A DNA stretch of 64,000 nt, taken from contig JZWU02000002.1 of the NCBI GenBank assembly GCA_000960865.2, positions 1 through 64,000 on the forward strand. Reading direction: 5' to 3'. Position numbers and translations under genes: made by a program. Shown piece by piece: positions 51,740-61,563 of the stretch; the stretch's first letter is position 1; every line of letters starts with the position of its first letter. The DNA comes from Vulcanisaeta sp. AZ3 (GTDB lineage: Archaea > Thermoproteota > Thermoprotei > Thermoproteales > Thermocladiaceae). The notes under the pieces are model-generated. The model searched no databases. It had not been told where the DNA came from and saw nothing but the letters and a program-made list of their open reading frames with translations.

Positions 51740-52294
51740 TCATTGTTGGGCACCGGGAGCTTTAATAGTTAAATTACTAATAATGGGCTGCACATACTTT
51801 CCCATGAAGGGGATTAGGCGTTTTGCCTCTTCGATTGCTACGCCTTTATATAGGGCATAAAATACCATGACGGGTATTTCATCTATTATGGCATTATTTT
51901 TTAAACAATCCAAGTATGTATCTAAAAATTCCTTTATTAAGACCCCAGATACTTTGTAACGTTTTTCTAGTTTTCTAATCACAATATCGTGAGGAACGCA
52001 CCCAAGTAATAAACATATTACAAGCCCTCTTTCTGTCACCTCAATAATATCACATCTCTGGTTTCGTAACCTTCTAACAGCGCCTATCTCCTCAAGACTG
52101 CTGATCTTTCTGTAGACTTGGGAGAAGTAGAGATTGGTGTCTCGGGCTATTCTATACGCAGTTGCAGGTCCCTTTAAGATTAGGTATTCCAAGATCTCTG
52201 ATATTACGTTATCATTTTTTAGTTTACAAATATAAAATGATTGTATCATCAATGCATAGTTATCGTGATAATATATAAAAATTTTATTCCTCAT
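51740..52294 (-). CDS. wHTH-containing protein, possible regulator
   Basis: ILEYL..KGPATAYRIARDT.L..SQVYRKI..LE..G.V. Confidence 0.65.
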   Translation of the reverse strand: MRNKIFIYYHDNYALMIQSFYICKLKNDNVISEILEYLILKGPATAYRIARDTNLYFSQVYRKISSLEEIGAVRRLRNQRCDIIEVTERGLVICLLLGCVPHDIVIRKLEKRYKVSGVLIKEFLDTYLDCLKNNAIIDEIPVMVFYALYKGVAIEEAKRLIPFMGKYVQPIISNLTIKAPGAQQ

Positions 52295-52687
52295 AATATC
52301 AATTAAGTAATTGGAAGTTCATTCTGCGAGTAATTAACAATCTGACTTCCCTGCTTAGCATCTTCATGATAATGTTGCCTCCACTACGTAAAATAAACCC
52401 TAAGTCTTGCTTAGACGAACTATAATGCTGTGCTCTTTTCACGACTGAGGCAATTGTAAGGCTTATTACCACTAAATAATACTCCTCAGTGTGATTATAT
52501 TTCTACGGGATGAAACTACCTATTAAACCGTAGACTGTGTTCTCAAGCGTCTTATACGTCATTATCTAACCAGAGAACTAGTACTTAGTAGGTAATGACA
52601 AAGCCTTTAGTCCTCAGTTAGTTGGAGCCACACAGTGTTTATACTGACACTAAAAACTTAAAAGTTCATGAGAGTGGGTAAGCCAGA

Positions 52688-52774
52688 GCGGGGGTGCCCG
52701 AGCCAGGTCAAAGGGGACGGGTTTAGGTCCCGTTGGCGAAGGCCTGCGTGGGTTCAAATCCCACCCCCGCACCA
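52688..52774 (+). tRNA. tRNA-Leu(TAG), CCA encoded, no intron
   Basis: GCGGGGG acceptor, ACGGG-TTTAGGT-CCCGT anticodon arm, long variable arm, GGTTCAAATCC. Confidence 0.95.
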
Positions 52775-52822
52775 ATATTTATAAGGCGATAAAGATTCTT
52801 TGCCTTGATGAGTATTGGTGCG

Positions 52823-53737
52823 ATGAGTAAGGAGGGTACTTGGTTTATGGAGTTTAATACACCTTTTAGTTGGCATGTTAGGGGTATTAGGAGGGTGTTG
52901 TATAGTGGTGTTACTAAGTATCAGCGTATTGCTATTGTTGAGTTTGAGGATTTGGGTAAGGCGTTAATACTCGATGGTAAGACTCAAAGTTCCGCCTACG
53001 ATGAGTTTGTGTATCATGAATCCTTAGTGCATCCAGTAATGATTACTCATCCAAGTCCAAGAAGAGTCTTGATATTGGGTGGTGGTGAGGGTGCCACTGC
53101 TAGGGAGGTTTTAAGGTATGGGAGTGTTGAGGAGGTTGTTATGGTGGATATTGATGATGAGGTCATTAGGGTCGTTAAGGAGTACTTACCCGAGATGAGT
53201 CAGGGTGCCTTCGATGACCCAAGGTTAAGGCTTGTGATTTCAGATGGTAGGAAATTCCTTGAGGAGTCTAGGGATAGGTATGATGTGATTATCTTGGATT
53301 TAACGGATCCGCTTGAGGGTGGTCCATCTTATCTCTTGTATACTGTAGAGTTCTATAATATTGTTAAGGATAGGCTTAGTGAGGATGGTTTGATGGTTAC
53401 GCAGGCAACATCAACTCATTATTCAGTTAGGACCTTTGCCACTATATATAGGACTGTATCCTCAGTGTTCCCAATAGCTAGGGCGTACCACGTGTACATG
53501 CCAGCCTTCGATAGTACTTGGGGCTTCGTGATAGGCTCTAAGAAGTTAGACCCAACAGCCTTGCAGCCAGAGGAGGTGGATAGGAGGATTAGGGAGAGGG
53601 TTAGGGGTGAGCTTAGGTTTTACGAGGGAGTAATACATAGTGCCATTTTTGCATTGCCAAAGCATATTAGGCGTTTGCTTGCGGATCCATCAATAGAGCC
53701 CGCAAGGGATAATAAACCAACATTTATGCCCGCATAA
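52823..53737 (+). CDS. speE: Polyamine aminopropyltransferase
   Basis: LDG..QS...DE..YHE, LGGGEG, VDID, DLTDP. Confidence 0.93.
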   Translation: MSKEGTWFMEFNTPFSWHVRGIRRVLYSGVTKYQRIAIVEFEDLGKALILDGKTQSSAYDEFVYHESLVHPVMITHPSPRRVLILGGGEGATAREVLRYGSVEEVVMVDIDDEVIRVVKEYLPEMSQGAFDDPRLRLVISDGRKFLEESRDRYDVIILDLTDPLEGGPSYLLYTVEFYNIVKDRLSEDGLMVTQATSTHYSVRTFATIYRTVSSVFPIARAYHVYMPAFDSTWGFVIGSKKLDPTALQPEEVDRRIRERVRGELRFYEGVIHSAIFALPKHIRRLLADPSIEPARDNKPTFMPA

Positions 53738-53812
53738 TAAACACCATAACTAACCTGTATCAAAGAGTACGGCTATTTAATACTTAAAAATTACTTAAGT
53801 GAGGAGGCGACC

Positions 53813-55426
53813 GTGGATAATAGTGCAGAGAGGAGGCCCGTATTATTCCTCAGAGAGGCCACGGGCCTTGTTCGTGAAATAAGTCCTTGGTCCTCTGTGA
53901 GTGCGGTCTTCGGCTTGATAACTGGTGGTGTGCCTCTATTAATAGCCAGTTGGTTCTTTCTCGCACCGTCAATTAATGGCATTGCTTCATGGACCTTGGG
54001 CTATATAATAACGTTAATACCAATACTTGGCTTAACATTTCTATTCTACGTGGCAGGAATTACAATGCCTAGGTCTGGTGGGGATTACGTATTTAACAGT
54101 AGGGCTTCTCACCCAGTGATTGGATTAATGAATTATGCAGCCCTATGGATTGCCTTTGCAATATCCCTCGGCTTTTACAGCACACTAGGCGCTGCTTGGC
54201 TTGGCAACTTACTAACTGGGCTTGGCCTTTATTACCATAATCCAAGCCTCATGGGCATTGGTAATTGGATAATGGGTATTGATGGCGAGTTGATTGTAGG
54301 TGCGATACTTATAATATACGCCATTGCCTTGAGCATACATCCTAGGGTTCAATGGTCATTCATGAAGTGGAGTGGTGTGGTTACATTAATAGCTACTGTA
54401 ATAACTTTCGTGGGCTTCGCCATGGTTAGCAAATCCATATTTTATGCGAATCTGGCAAAAATAAGTGGTGTTTCAGATCTTGTCAGTATTGTTGTGAATG
54501 ATGCTGTTAAGGCTGGTATGAGCTTTAAGCCCTGGACTTATGCTGCAATGCTCTCCATAGCACCCATTTGGTATTACTTCTCTTGGCAAAACATGCCTGT
54601 TTCCTGGGCTGGTGAGATGAGGCAGGTTAGGAAGAACATGTTTTACTCAACAATTATCGCCGTGCTCATAATAGCTGCATACTATATCATATATACTGAC
54701 TTATTACTGCATGCCTTTGGTAATGAGTTCCTCACAGCCTACACATACCTATACAATAACAATATTAGTGATCCGGTGGCCAATGCCCTCTCATCAATAG
54801 GGCCATTCCCACCCTTCTTCCTACTCCTAGCCACTGGTAGTATGGCTCTATACTTCATTTCCTGGTTCGCCTTCTGGTGGCCCAATACCTACTCAAATGT
54901 ACCTCTAGTGACTGCTTTAGTTAGGTATCTCTTTGCCTGGGCCTTCGATAGGGTTGCTCCTGCGAGACTTGGTGATGTGAGTGAGAGGTTTCATACGCCA
55001 ACCTGGGCTTTGGTTGTTGTTGGTATTGTGGGTTTCATAGGCATGGTGATGTATGTCACAATAACTGTGTTAACCACTGTGGATGTGACCACAGTCTTTG
55101 AAATAAGCTATGCAGTCTTTGCCTTAGTAGCCGCCCTGATGCCCTTTGTTAGGAGGTCAGTTTATGAAAGGTATGTACCAATAAGGATAAGGATTCTCGG
55201 TATTCCCCTAATATCTTGGATTGGCTTTGCTGTCTTTGCCTTCTTAGTGTGGGCGTTATTAATAACCTGGGGCAATCCAATACTACTGCCTATAAACACA
55301 CCAACCATAATCTCACTCGTAATCATGTACTCCATAGGTATTATTATGTACCTAATCGCCCGATTCATAAACGCCAGAAAGGGCATAAACCTAGACGCCT
55401 TATTCCAAGAGATACCACCAGAATAG
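53813..55426 (+). CDS. APC family amino acid/polyamine permease
   Basis: F.REATGLVRE, MPRSGGDY, AGE, R..FAWAFD, C-terminal EIPPE. Confidence 0.9.
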   Translation: MDNSAERRPVLFLREATGLVREISPWSSVSAVFGLITGGVPLLIASWFFLAPSINGIASWTLGYIITLIPILGLTFLFYVAGITMPRSGGDYVFNSRASHPVIGLMNYAALWIAFAISLGFYSTLGAAWLGNLLTGLGLYYHNPSLMGIGNWIMGIDGELIVGAILIIYAIALSIHPRVQWSFMKWSGVVTLIATVITFVGFAMVSKSIFYANLAKISGVSDLVSIVVNDAVKAGMSFKPWTYAAMLSIAPIWYYFSWQNMPVSWAGEMRQVRKNMFYSTIIAVLIIAAYYIIYTDLLLHAFGNEFLTAYTYLYNNNISDPVANALSSIGPFPPFFLLLATGSMALYFISWFAFWWPNTYSNVPLVTALVRYLFAWAFDRVAPARLGDVSERFHTPTWALVVVGIVGFIGMVMYVTITVLTTVDVTTVFEISYAVFALVAALMPFVRRSVYERYVPIRIRILGIPLISWIGFAVFAFLVWALLITWGNPILLPINTPTIISLVIMYSIGIIMYLIARFINARKGINLDALFQEIPPE

Positions 55427-55439
55427 TTACCATTAAAAG

Positions 55440-56285
55440 TCATGTTTTCCTGCTTATAACTAGAAATGACGTTGCCAGGTACTTAAGAGGTGTCCGTATA
55501 CCAAGTATTCTATCCAACTCATACAGTAATGAGGCAAACCTTTTAATGCCACCATCGCCCCATTGGTGGAGTCTTGATGGTACTATGTTAGAGAGTACGT
55601 GAATACCCCTCATATCGACTATCTTAAAACCATACCTACTCAATATTCCTGCAATCTCTTTAAAGGTGAAGAACCTATAGGGTATAGCTTCATCATGCGT
55701 ATACCAATAACCAATACGCCCCTTGCCATCAAGTAGTCCCATTAGGAAATCCTTCATCGAGACTCCACCGAGCATTGCTTCATACGCCATATCCATGCAT
55801 AGGAGGTTATCAATGTCAAAGATTAAATAACCATCCCTCATTAAGACCCTAGCCACGTCCTTAAAGGCATCCTCAGCCTTAATAATATGATTAAATACAC
55901 TACCATACGCAATAACAGCATCGAAATACTCATCCCTAAATGGAAGCCTCACAGCGTCACCCTGGACAGGATCACTGCACCTCCCAATGTTTATGCACCT
56001 ACTTAATGATGCTCGAGATATGTCTAGGCTAATCACATGATAGCCACGTAATCTTAATAATTTACTCCAAATACCTGTACCGCTACCTAGGTCCAAAACC
56101 TTGCTCCTTATCTTAACGCCGTTGAAGTACTCCTTAAATACGTCATAGAGCGCGCCATATAGGTGTTTATAGTATTTTGAGGATTTTAGGTAAATCTTTT
56201 CATACATGGGAGCAACGCCATCGTAAAGTGTAGTTACGCGACGTTCGCTCAACCCATCATTAGATGAGGAATCCTCATCCTCCAC
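55440..56285 (-). CDS. Class I SAM-dependent methyltransferase
   Basis: VLDLGSGTG, LDIS, GDA..LPF....FD, RVL..DG. Confidence 0.88.
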   Translation of the reverse strand: MEDEDSSSNDGLSERRVTTLYDGVAPMYEKIYLKSSKYYKHLYGALYDVFKEYFNGVKIRSKVLDLGSGTGIWSKLLRLRGYHVISLDISRASLSRCINIGRCSDPVQGDAVRLPFRDEYFDAVIAYGSVFNHIIKAEDAFKDVARVLMRDGYLIFDIDNLLCMDMAYEAMLGGVSMKDFLMGLLDGKGRIGYWYTHDEAIPYRFFTFKEIAGILSRYGFKIVDMRGIHVLSNIVPSRLHQWGDGGIKRFASLLYELDRILGIRTPLKYLATSFLVISRKT

Positions 56286-56421
56286 CTCCTATCTACCGTA
56301 ATTGCAACTACAATGTTTAATTTATAAGTGCTTCTATCATGATGATTAATTAATATTTTTACCTAAACCCAACAATATTTAGTTATGAGTAAGATGGTAA
56401 GTAAGAACGTGGTGAACAATA

Positions 56422-57408
56422 TTAACCCCTAACGAATATCTTATCTTTCAACTTACCATCATCAAGTATTAAGTAAGCAAGCCTAAGTGTACCAACCATA
56501 TACTCACTACCTGCATTAACCACGGGAACCCTACGACCACACCTACAATTTAAATAATCAATACCTGGCGATTCATGAATATGGCCATGGAGACCGATTG
56601 CTGGCCCGTAATTCTCGAGAACCTCCTTGACAGCTGCACTACCCACGTGCTGCATCATCATTTCTCCACCAACAATGATGGGTTTCAAATCTGGTGTTAA
56701 TTTTGGTGCCAGGTCTATTGATGTGTTTATTGGTGGTACGTGTATTGCAGCTAATACCCTATCCATCTTATTAGCATCTACTTGACTGAATAGTTTATCA
56801 AGCCTAAACCTAATTTCCTCTTCTGTTAACTCCCTCTCTGTATGCCATGGTGTTGGATTTGAATATCCAAAGCCAAGTATTATGTACTTATTAAACTCGA
56901 TAATTCTCTCATCACCATATATCAATACATCATCATCTAACTTCCTTATACTATCTACGAAAATGTGTGGATCATCATTGCCTGGAAAGTAAAAGAGTTT
57001 TACGTTGAATTGCCTATATCTCTCCTCAACCTTCATCATCCACTCTTCAAAACTACTAATCATTAACTTAGTGAGTACTTGATTTACCTTGGCTGGCGAT
57101 TGTAATAAATCATCATACTCCTCCTTAGTGACCATATATGGATAATAACCGCTATTCCTAGCGTCCCTCATAACTGAGTCTAATTTACTTTCATCGAAAG
57201 TTTTAACCTCACCGAATAAGTTGGTTGTGTATTTACCGTTGTCGAGTCTAATGATGGGCATTAAGGCCTTACCTGTTAAGTCGCCACAGAGTATTACAAT
57301 GTCTGCCTTGTATATTTTCGGTACATTAGAAAGCTTTGCATAGGCAACCTCTGACCCATGAAGGTCAGACACAAGCACAACCCTAATCTTATCTCCCATC
57401 TCCGACAT
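56422..57408 (-). CDS. Calcineurin-like metallophosphoesterase
   Basis: SDLHGS, GDL, PGNDD, HVPP, HGHIHE, NAGS; start MSEMG. Confidence 0.88.
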   Translation of the reverse strand: MSEMGDKIRVVLVSDLHGSEVAYAKLSNVPKIYKADIVILCGDLTGKALMPIIRLDNGKYTTNLFGEVKTFDESKLDSVMRDARNSGYYPYMVTKEEYDDLLQSPAKVNQVLTKLMISSFEEWMMKVEERYRQFNVKLFYFPGNDDPHIFVDSIRKLDDDVLIYGDERIIEFNKYIILGFGYSNPTPWHTERELTEEEIRFRLDKLFSQVDANKMDRVLAAIHVPPINTSIDLAPKLTPDLKPIIVGGEMMMQHVGSAAVKEVLENYGPAIGLHGHIHESPGIDYLNCRCGRRVPVVNAGSEYMVGTLRLAYLILDDGKLKDKIFVRG

Positions 57409-57511
57409 GAACGTGAATAAGAACCTTTTAAGAGTTTCCCATAATTCAAGACAAAATAATACTATAAACAATAAAACACTTATATAAAACAGAAACCAAT
57501 AATGAGTTAAG

Positions 57512-58270
57512 ATGATCGCTAGCCATGCCGAGGATATATTGAAACGCGGGTTAAGCATGGTTAACGCTTGCGATGAAGATAAAGCAATCTGTAGGCTACT
57601 TGGTGGTGTGGCTGTTTACTACTTAGTCCATGATATATATCAAGAAGTCCCAGCCCTGGCTAGAGTGCCCAAGGACATAGATCTAGCAGGGCGTAGGAAG
57701 GAGTCTCAGAGATTGATTAAGGCATTGGAGGGCTTGGGGTTAGTTGCGGATAAGCGCTTCAATGCGTTACATGGTTGGGAGAGACTTAAGTTCGTAGATC
57801 CACAATTCAACCTTAAGGTGGATGTATTCCTTGACACGTTCAGAGAGAGTCATGTGATAGAGCTTGATGATAGGCTTGGCGTTTTCACACCAACAATACC
57901 GCCAAGTGATTTATTAATGACTAAGTTGCAGATTTGGGAGATAAATGAGAAGGATATTAAGGATATAATAGCCATGCTCTACAAACTCGAACTTAGTGAT
58001 AAAGACTCAAGCAGTACGATAGATATTAATAGAATAATTCAATTAACATCGAACGATTGGGGATTATACAAAACAACAACGATAAACCTAGACAGGACAA
58101 TAAATTACATGAACACGATCGAATTACCGATGAATGTGAAGGATAGAGTTACGAATAACATAAGTATGCTAAGACAGAGAATAGAGGAGGCGCCTAAATC
58201 CATAAAGTGGAGGATGAGAGCAGCGATAGGAGAGAGAGTTAAATGGTACGAAACGCCTGAGGAGGCATGA
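57512..58270 (+). CDS. Uncharacterised pol-beta-superfamily nucleotidyltransferase
   Basis: LLGGVAV...R.PKDIDL, VDVF, LL.TKL.....KD..D; TATA TTATATAA about 25-30 nt upstream. Confidence 0.7.
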   Translation: MIASHAEDILKRGLSMVNACDEDKAICRLLGGVAVYYLVHDIYQEVPALARVPKDIDLAGRRKESQRLIKALEGLGLVADKRFNALHGWERLKFVDPQFNLKVDVFLDTFRESHVIELDDRLGVFTPTIPPSDLLMTKLQIWEINEKDIKDIIAMLYKLELSDKDSSSTIDINRIIQLTSNDWGLYKTTTINLDRTINYMNTIELPMNVKDRVTNNISMLRQRIEEAPKSIKWRMRAAIGERVKWYETPEEA

Positions 58271-58355
58271 CAAATATGTACCTAACGGGTGCCATTAATT
58301 ACGCATGGTTAGTAAAGGTTAAAAAGGAACTGCGGGCGTAAGTGAATGATTAAGT

Positions 58356-58517
58356 ATGCCTAGTCATGGATCGCTCACAAAGGCAGGTAAGGTGAGGAGT
58401 CAAACGCCAAAGATTCCAGCTAAACCTAGGAAGAATCTTGTTCCTAGGAGGAGGAATTATCGTAATTATAGGCGCTTGTTATATAGATTAGGCCAACAAC
58501 AAGCCGCTCCCTCATAA
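58356..58517 (+). CDS. rps30e: 30S ribosomal protein S30e (not in the ORF track)
   Basis: [27 protein letters not shown]. Confidence 0.96.
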   Translation: MPSHGSLTKAGKVRSQTPKIPAKPRKNLVPRRRNYRNYRRLLYRLGQQQAAPS

Positions 58518-58784
58518 GAGAGGATTTACAAATCCTAGTCTCTTTGTAATACTTGTATATGTTCCTCTCTTGTTTTTATCCTGATTACCCCAGGAGTATG
58601 TAGGCCTAAACTTGTTGTGTAGGCTATGATTTGTTACACGTGGCATTATGTCTTAGGTTGGTAATTGATATCTTGGTATATATTTGCCTTATTCTTTAGT
58701 GCCTTTTTAATTGGGCTGTTTTATTTGGTTTTGATGGGGGTTTCATACCTAGTGCAGAGTGTTAAGGCTGTATTGACCCGTGAT

Positions 58785-59237
58785 ATGGAGGGGGTTGATC
58801 TAGGGCTCATGAGTATAGGTCCGGCTAAGGCTGGTTCAGTAATTAATGCGCCATCTAGTGTGGTTGAGGTTCTTATTAGGCGTGGCTTTGCCTCATTAGA
58901 TGAGGGGGATAGGGTTGATAATAAGGATATTATTAAGTGGATTTGGCTTGAGAATAGAGATCCAAGTGCATTAAGGGAGGAATTCCCTAGAGATTTTTAC
59001 GTGAGGGCTAGGCTATCAATAATTAGTGAGCAGGGTAGTAATAACAAGGTTTCGATCCAACAGTTAAGAGAGTTAATACAAGTGAGGCTTAGGAAGATAC
59101 TTATGTTCATTGCTATGAATCCATCGATTGCGGAGTCCAGTGAGTTCTTAAGTAGATTAACGCCAGAGGAGGTGTTTCTCGTTAAATCAGTAGCTCCAAT
59201 AATTAAGGATTACTTGAACTCCATGGTGGGCCTATGA
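58785..59237 (+). CDS. GINS subunit (Gins23-like)
   Basis: Coupled to mcm (ATGA); P..V.E.L..RG, FYVRA, RLRKI, LTPEE. Start uncertain. Confidence 0.7.
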   Translation: MEGVDLGLMSIGPAKAGSVINAPSSVVEVLIRRGFASLDEGDRVDNKDIIKWIWLENRDPSALREEFPRDFYVRARLSIISEQGSNNKVSIQQLRELIQVRLRKILMFIAMNPSIAESSEFLSRLTPEEVFLVKSVAPIIKDYLNSMVGL

Positions 59238-61297
59238 GTGGTATTGAGCAGACCGAGGTTAGCTTGGACACTTTGATTCAGAGTCTTAAGGGATTTGTGG
59301 AGTCTAGTAATGAGTATATCGATGAAATAAATAATATGATTATACAGAGGAAGAGGTCCCTCGTTGTTGACTTCCATGACTTGCTAATAAGTAATAAGGA
59401 TATTGCTGAAATGCTTCTTGAGAAGCCTCAATTAATTATTCAAGCCGGTTCGGAGGCTGTTAGACAGGCAATAACTGAGAGGGATCCAGAACTTGCTAAG
59501 TCAATAAGGAACTTCTACATGAGGTTTAGGAGGTTACCCGAGGCAATACCGATTAGGAAGCTTAGAAGTGAGGTTCTTGGGAGGTTAATAATGGTTGAGG
59601 GTATAATAACTAGGCAAACACCGCCAAAACATTACTTAAGGAAATCAGTTTTCCGGTGCAGTCAATGCGGTTATGAGATGGAGATTCCTCAAACAACCAC
59701 GGGCTTTGTACAACCACCGAAAAGGTGCCCTAAGTGTGGTGCTGTAAATAGTATGGTATTTGTTGAAGAGAGGAGTGAGTTTATTGATTGGCAAAAGGTG
59801 ATTGTTCAGGAGAAGCCTGAAGAGTTACCGCCAGGTCAGTTACCAAGGAGTATAGAGGCAATACTCCTCGATGACTTAGTTGATACGGTAAAGCCGGGTG
59901 ATAGGGTTTACCTGGTAGGTATAATGAACTTGAACCTGGCAGATCTGAGGAAGGGTAGGCCGCCCGTTGTTTCGAGCTTTATGGAGGTTAATTTCATAGA
60001 GAATCAGCAAAAGGAGTTGGTGGAGATTGAGATTACGCCTGAGGATGAGAAGAAAATACTTGAATTAGCCAAGTCCCCCAACATTAGGGAGAGGATAACA
60101 AAGTCAATAGCACCGTCGATATATGGAATGGAGGACATTAAGGAAGCAATAGCGTGCTTGCTCTTCGGCGGTATACCTAAGGTATACCCAGATGGCATTA
60201 GAGTTAGGGGTGATGTGCACATACTCCTTGTTGGTGATCCAGGCATGGCTAAGACACAACTACTTAGGTTTGTGACTAAGATAGCACCGAGAGCCGTGTA
60301 CACCACGGGTAAGGGGTCCTCTGCAGCCGGGTTAACGGCAGCAGTAGTTCGTGAGAAAGATACGGGGGAGTTTTACCTCGAGGCTGGTGCCCTCGTACTA
60401 GCAGATACTGGTGTTGCTGTTATTGATGAGATTGATAAGATGGATGCGAAGGATAGAGTGGCGATTCATGAGGCTCTTGAGCAACAGACTGTGTCTATAG
60501 CTAAGGCGGGCATTGTAGCTACGCTGAATGCCAGGTGTAGTGTGTTGGCTGCTGCTAATCCAGCATTTGGTAGGTACTTACCGAATAGGACTGTGGCTGA
60601 GAATGTTGATTTACCAGTGACGCTGCTCTCTAGGTTTGACTTAATATTCATTATCAGGGATGAACCTAATTTAGATAAGGATAAGGCGATTGCTGAGCAT
60701 ATAACCACACTACATGCTGGTGAAGTCCCTGAGGGATTCGCAGATATAATACCACCAGACCTACTTAGAAAGTACATTGCTTATGCTCGTAAGAACATAA
60801 AGCCCGTACTAACGCCTGAGGCTAGGGAGAGGATCGTTCAATTCTATATCCAGATGAGAACTAAGTCCAAAGAACCTGACTCGCCAATAGCCATAACGGC
60901 TAGGCAGTTAGAGGCTCTTATTAGATTGGCCGAGGCTGAGGCTAAGATGAGGCTTAGCCCTGTGGTTGAGAGTGAGGATGCTGATAATGCCATTAGATTA
61001 TTCCTGAAGTACTTGAACAGCGTGGGTATTGATGTTGAGTCAGGGAAGATAGATATAGATATAATAATGACTGGGAAGCCTAAGTCGGCTCAGGAGAGGC
61101 TTGCCTTAATAATGAATATACTAACGCAGTTGGAGGAGGCTAATGGCGGTAAGCCTGTGAGGATTGAGGATCTGTATAGGGAGGCTGAGTCTGCTGGTTT
61201 GGATAGGCAGTTTGTTGATAAGACTGTGAATATGCTCTTGAAGTCTGGTGATATATACATGCCTAAACCTGGCTATGTTAAGAGAGTTCTTGTATAA
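59234..61297 (+). CDS. mcm: Replicative helicase MCM
   Basis: Zn finger, GDPGMAK, IDEIDKM, HEALEQQ, LLSRFD; no intein. Confidence 0.97.
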   Translation: MSGIEQTEVSLDTLIQSLKGFVESSNEYIDEINNMIIQRKRSLVVDFHDLLISNKDIAEMLLEKPQLIIQAGSEAVRQAITERDPELAKSIRNFYMRFRRLPEAIPIRKLRSEVLGRLIMVEGIITRQTPPKHYLRKSVFRCSQCGYEMEIPQTTTGFVQPPKRCPKCGAVNSMVFVEERSEFIDWQKVIVQEKPEELPPGQLPRSIEAILLDDLVDTVKPGDRVYLVGIMNLNLADLRKGRPPVVSSFMEVNFIENQQKELVEIEITPEDEKKILELAKSPNIRERITKSIAPSIYGMEDIKEAIACLLFGGIPKVYPDGIRVRGDVHILLVGDPGMAKTQLLRFVTKIAPRAVYTTGKGSSAAGLTAAVVREKDTGEFYLEAGALVLADTGVAVIDEIDKMDAKDRVAIHEALEQQTVSIAKAGIVATLNARCSVLAAANPAFGRYLPNRTVAENVDLPVTLLSRFDLIFIIRDEPNLDKDKAIAEHITTLHAGEVPEGFADIIPPDLLRKYIAYARKNIKPVLTPEARERIVQFYIQMRTKSKEPDSPIAITARQLEALIRLAEAEAKMRLSPVVESEDADNAIRLFLKYLNSVGIDVESGKIDIDIIMTGKPKSAQERLALIMNILTQLEEANGGKPVRIEDLYREAESAGLDRQFVDKTVNMLLKSGDIYMPKPGYVKRVLV

Positions 61298-61563
61298 AAA
61301 TTAAAGACACTAATGCTTTCTAAGATGATTTTTACCAATTAATGAATTAGACATAGTACTAATGAGATTAGGAGTGATGTAGCATTAACCATAGAGAGAC
61401 CGATGATAGAACTAAAGGAGTTGGGATTGGGTTAAGAGGATGCTGGTTGTGAGATTTTGAATAATCATTACGATTAACTTAAATATATTTTAGATTTAAT
61501 GCAATTCTTTAGTTAAATATTTAAACAAAATACTTATTTAACTCAGTATTATTTTACAAATAT

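Noticed and set aside
52300-52680. Possible integrase/att remnant next to tRNA-Leu
   Set aside because: No tyrosine-recombinase motif and no duplicated tRNA 3' end seen in the window.
61340-61480. Possible HTH gene fragment after mcm
   Set aside because: Too short and degenerate to support.
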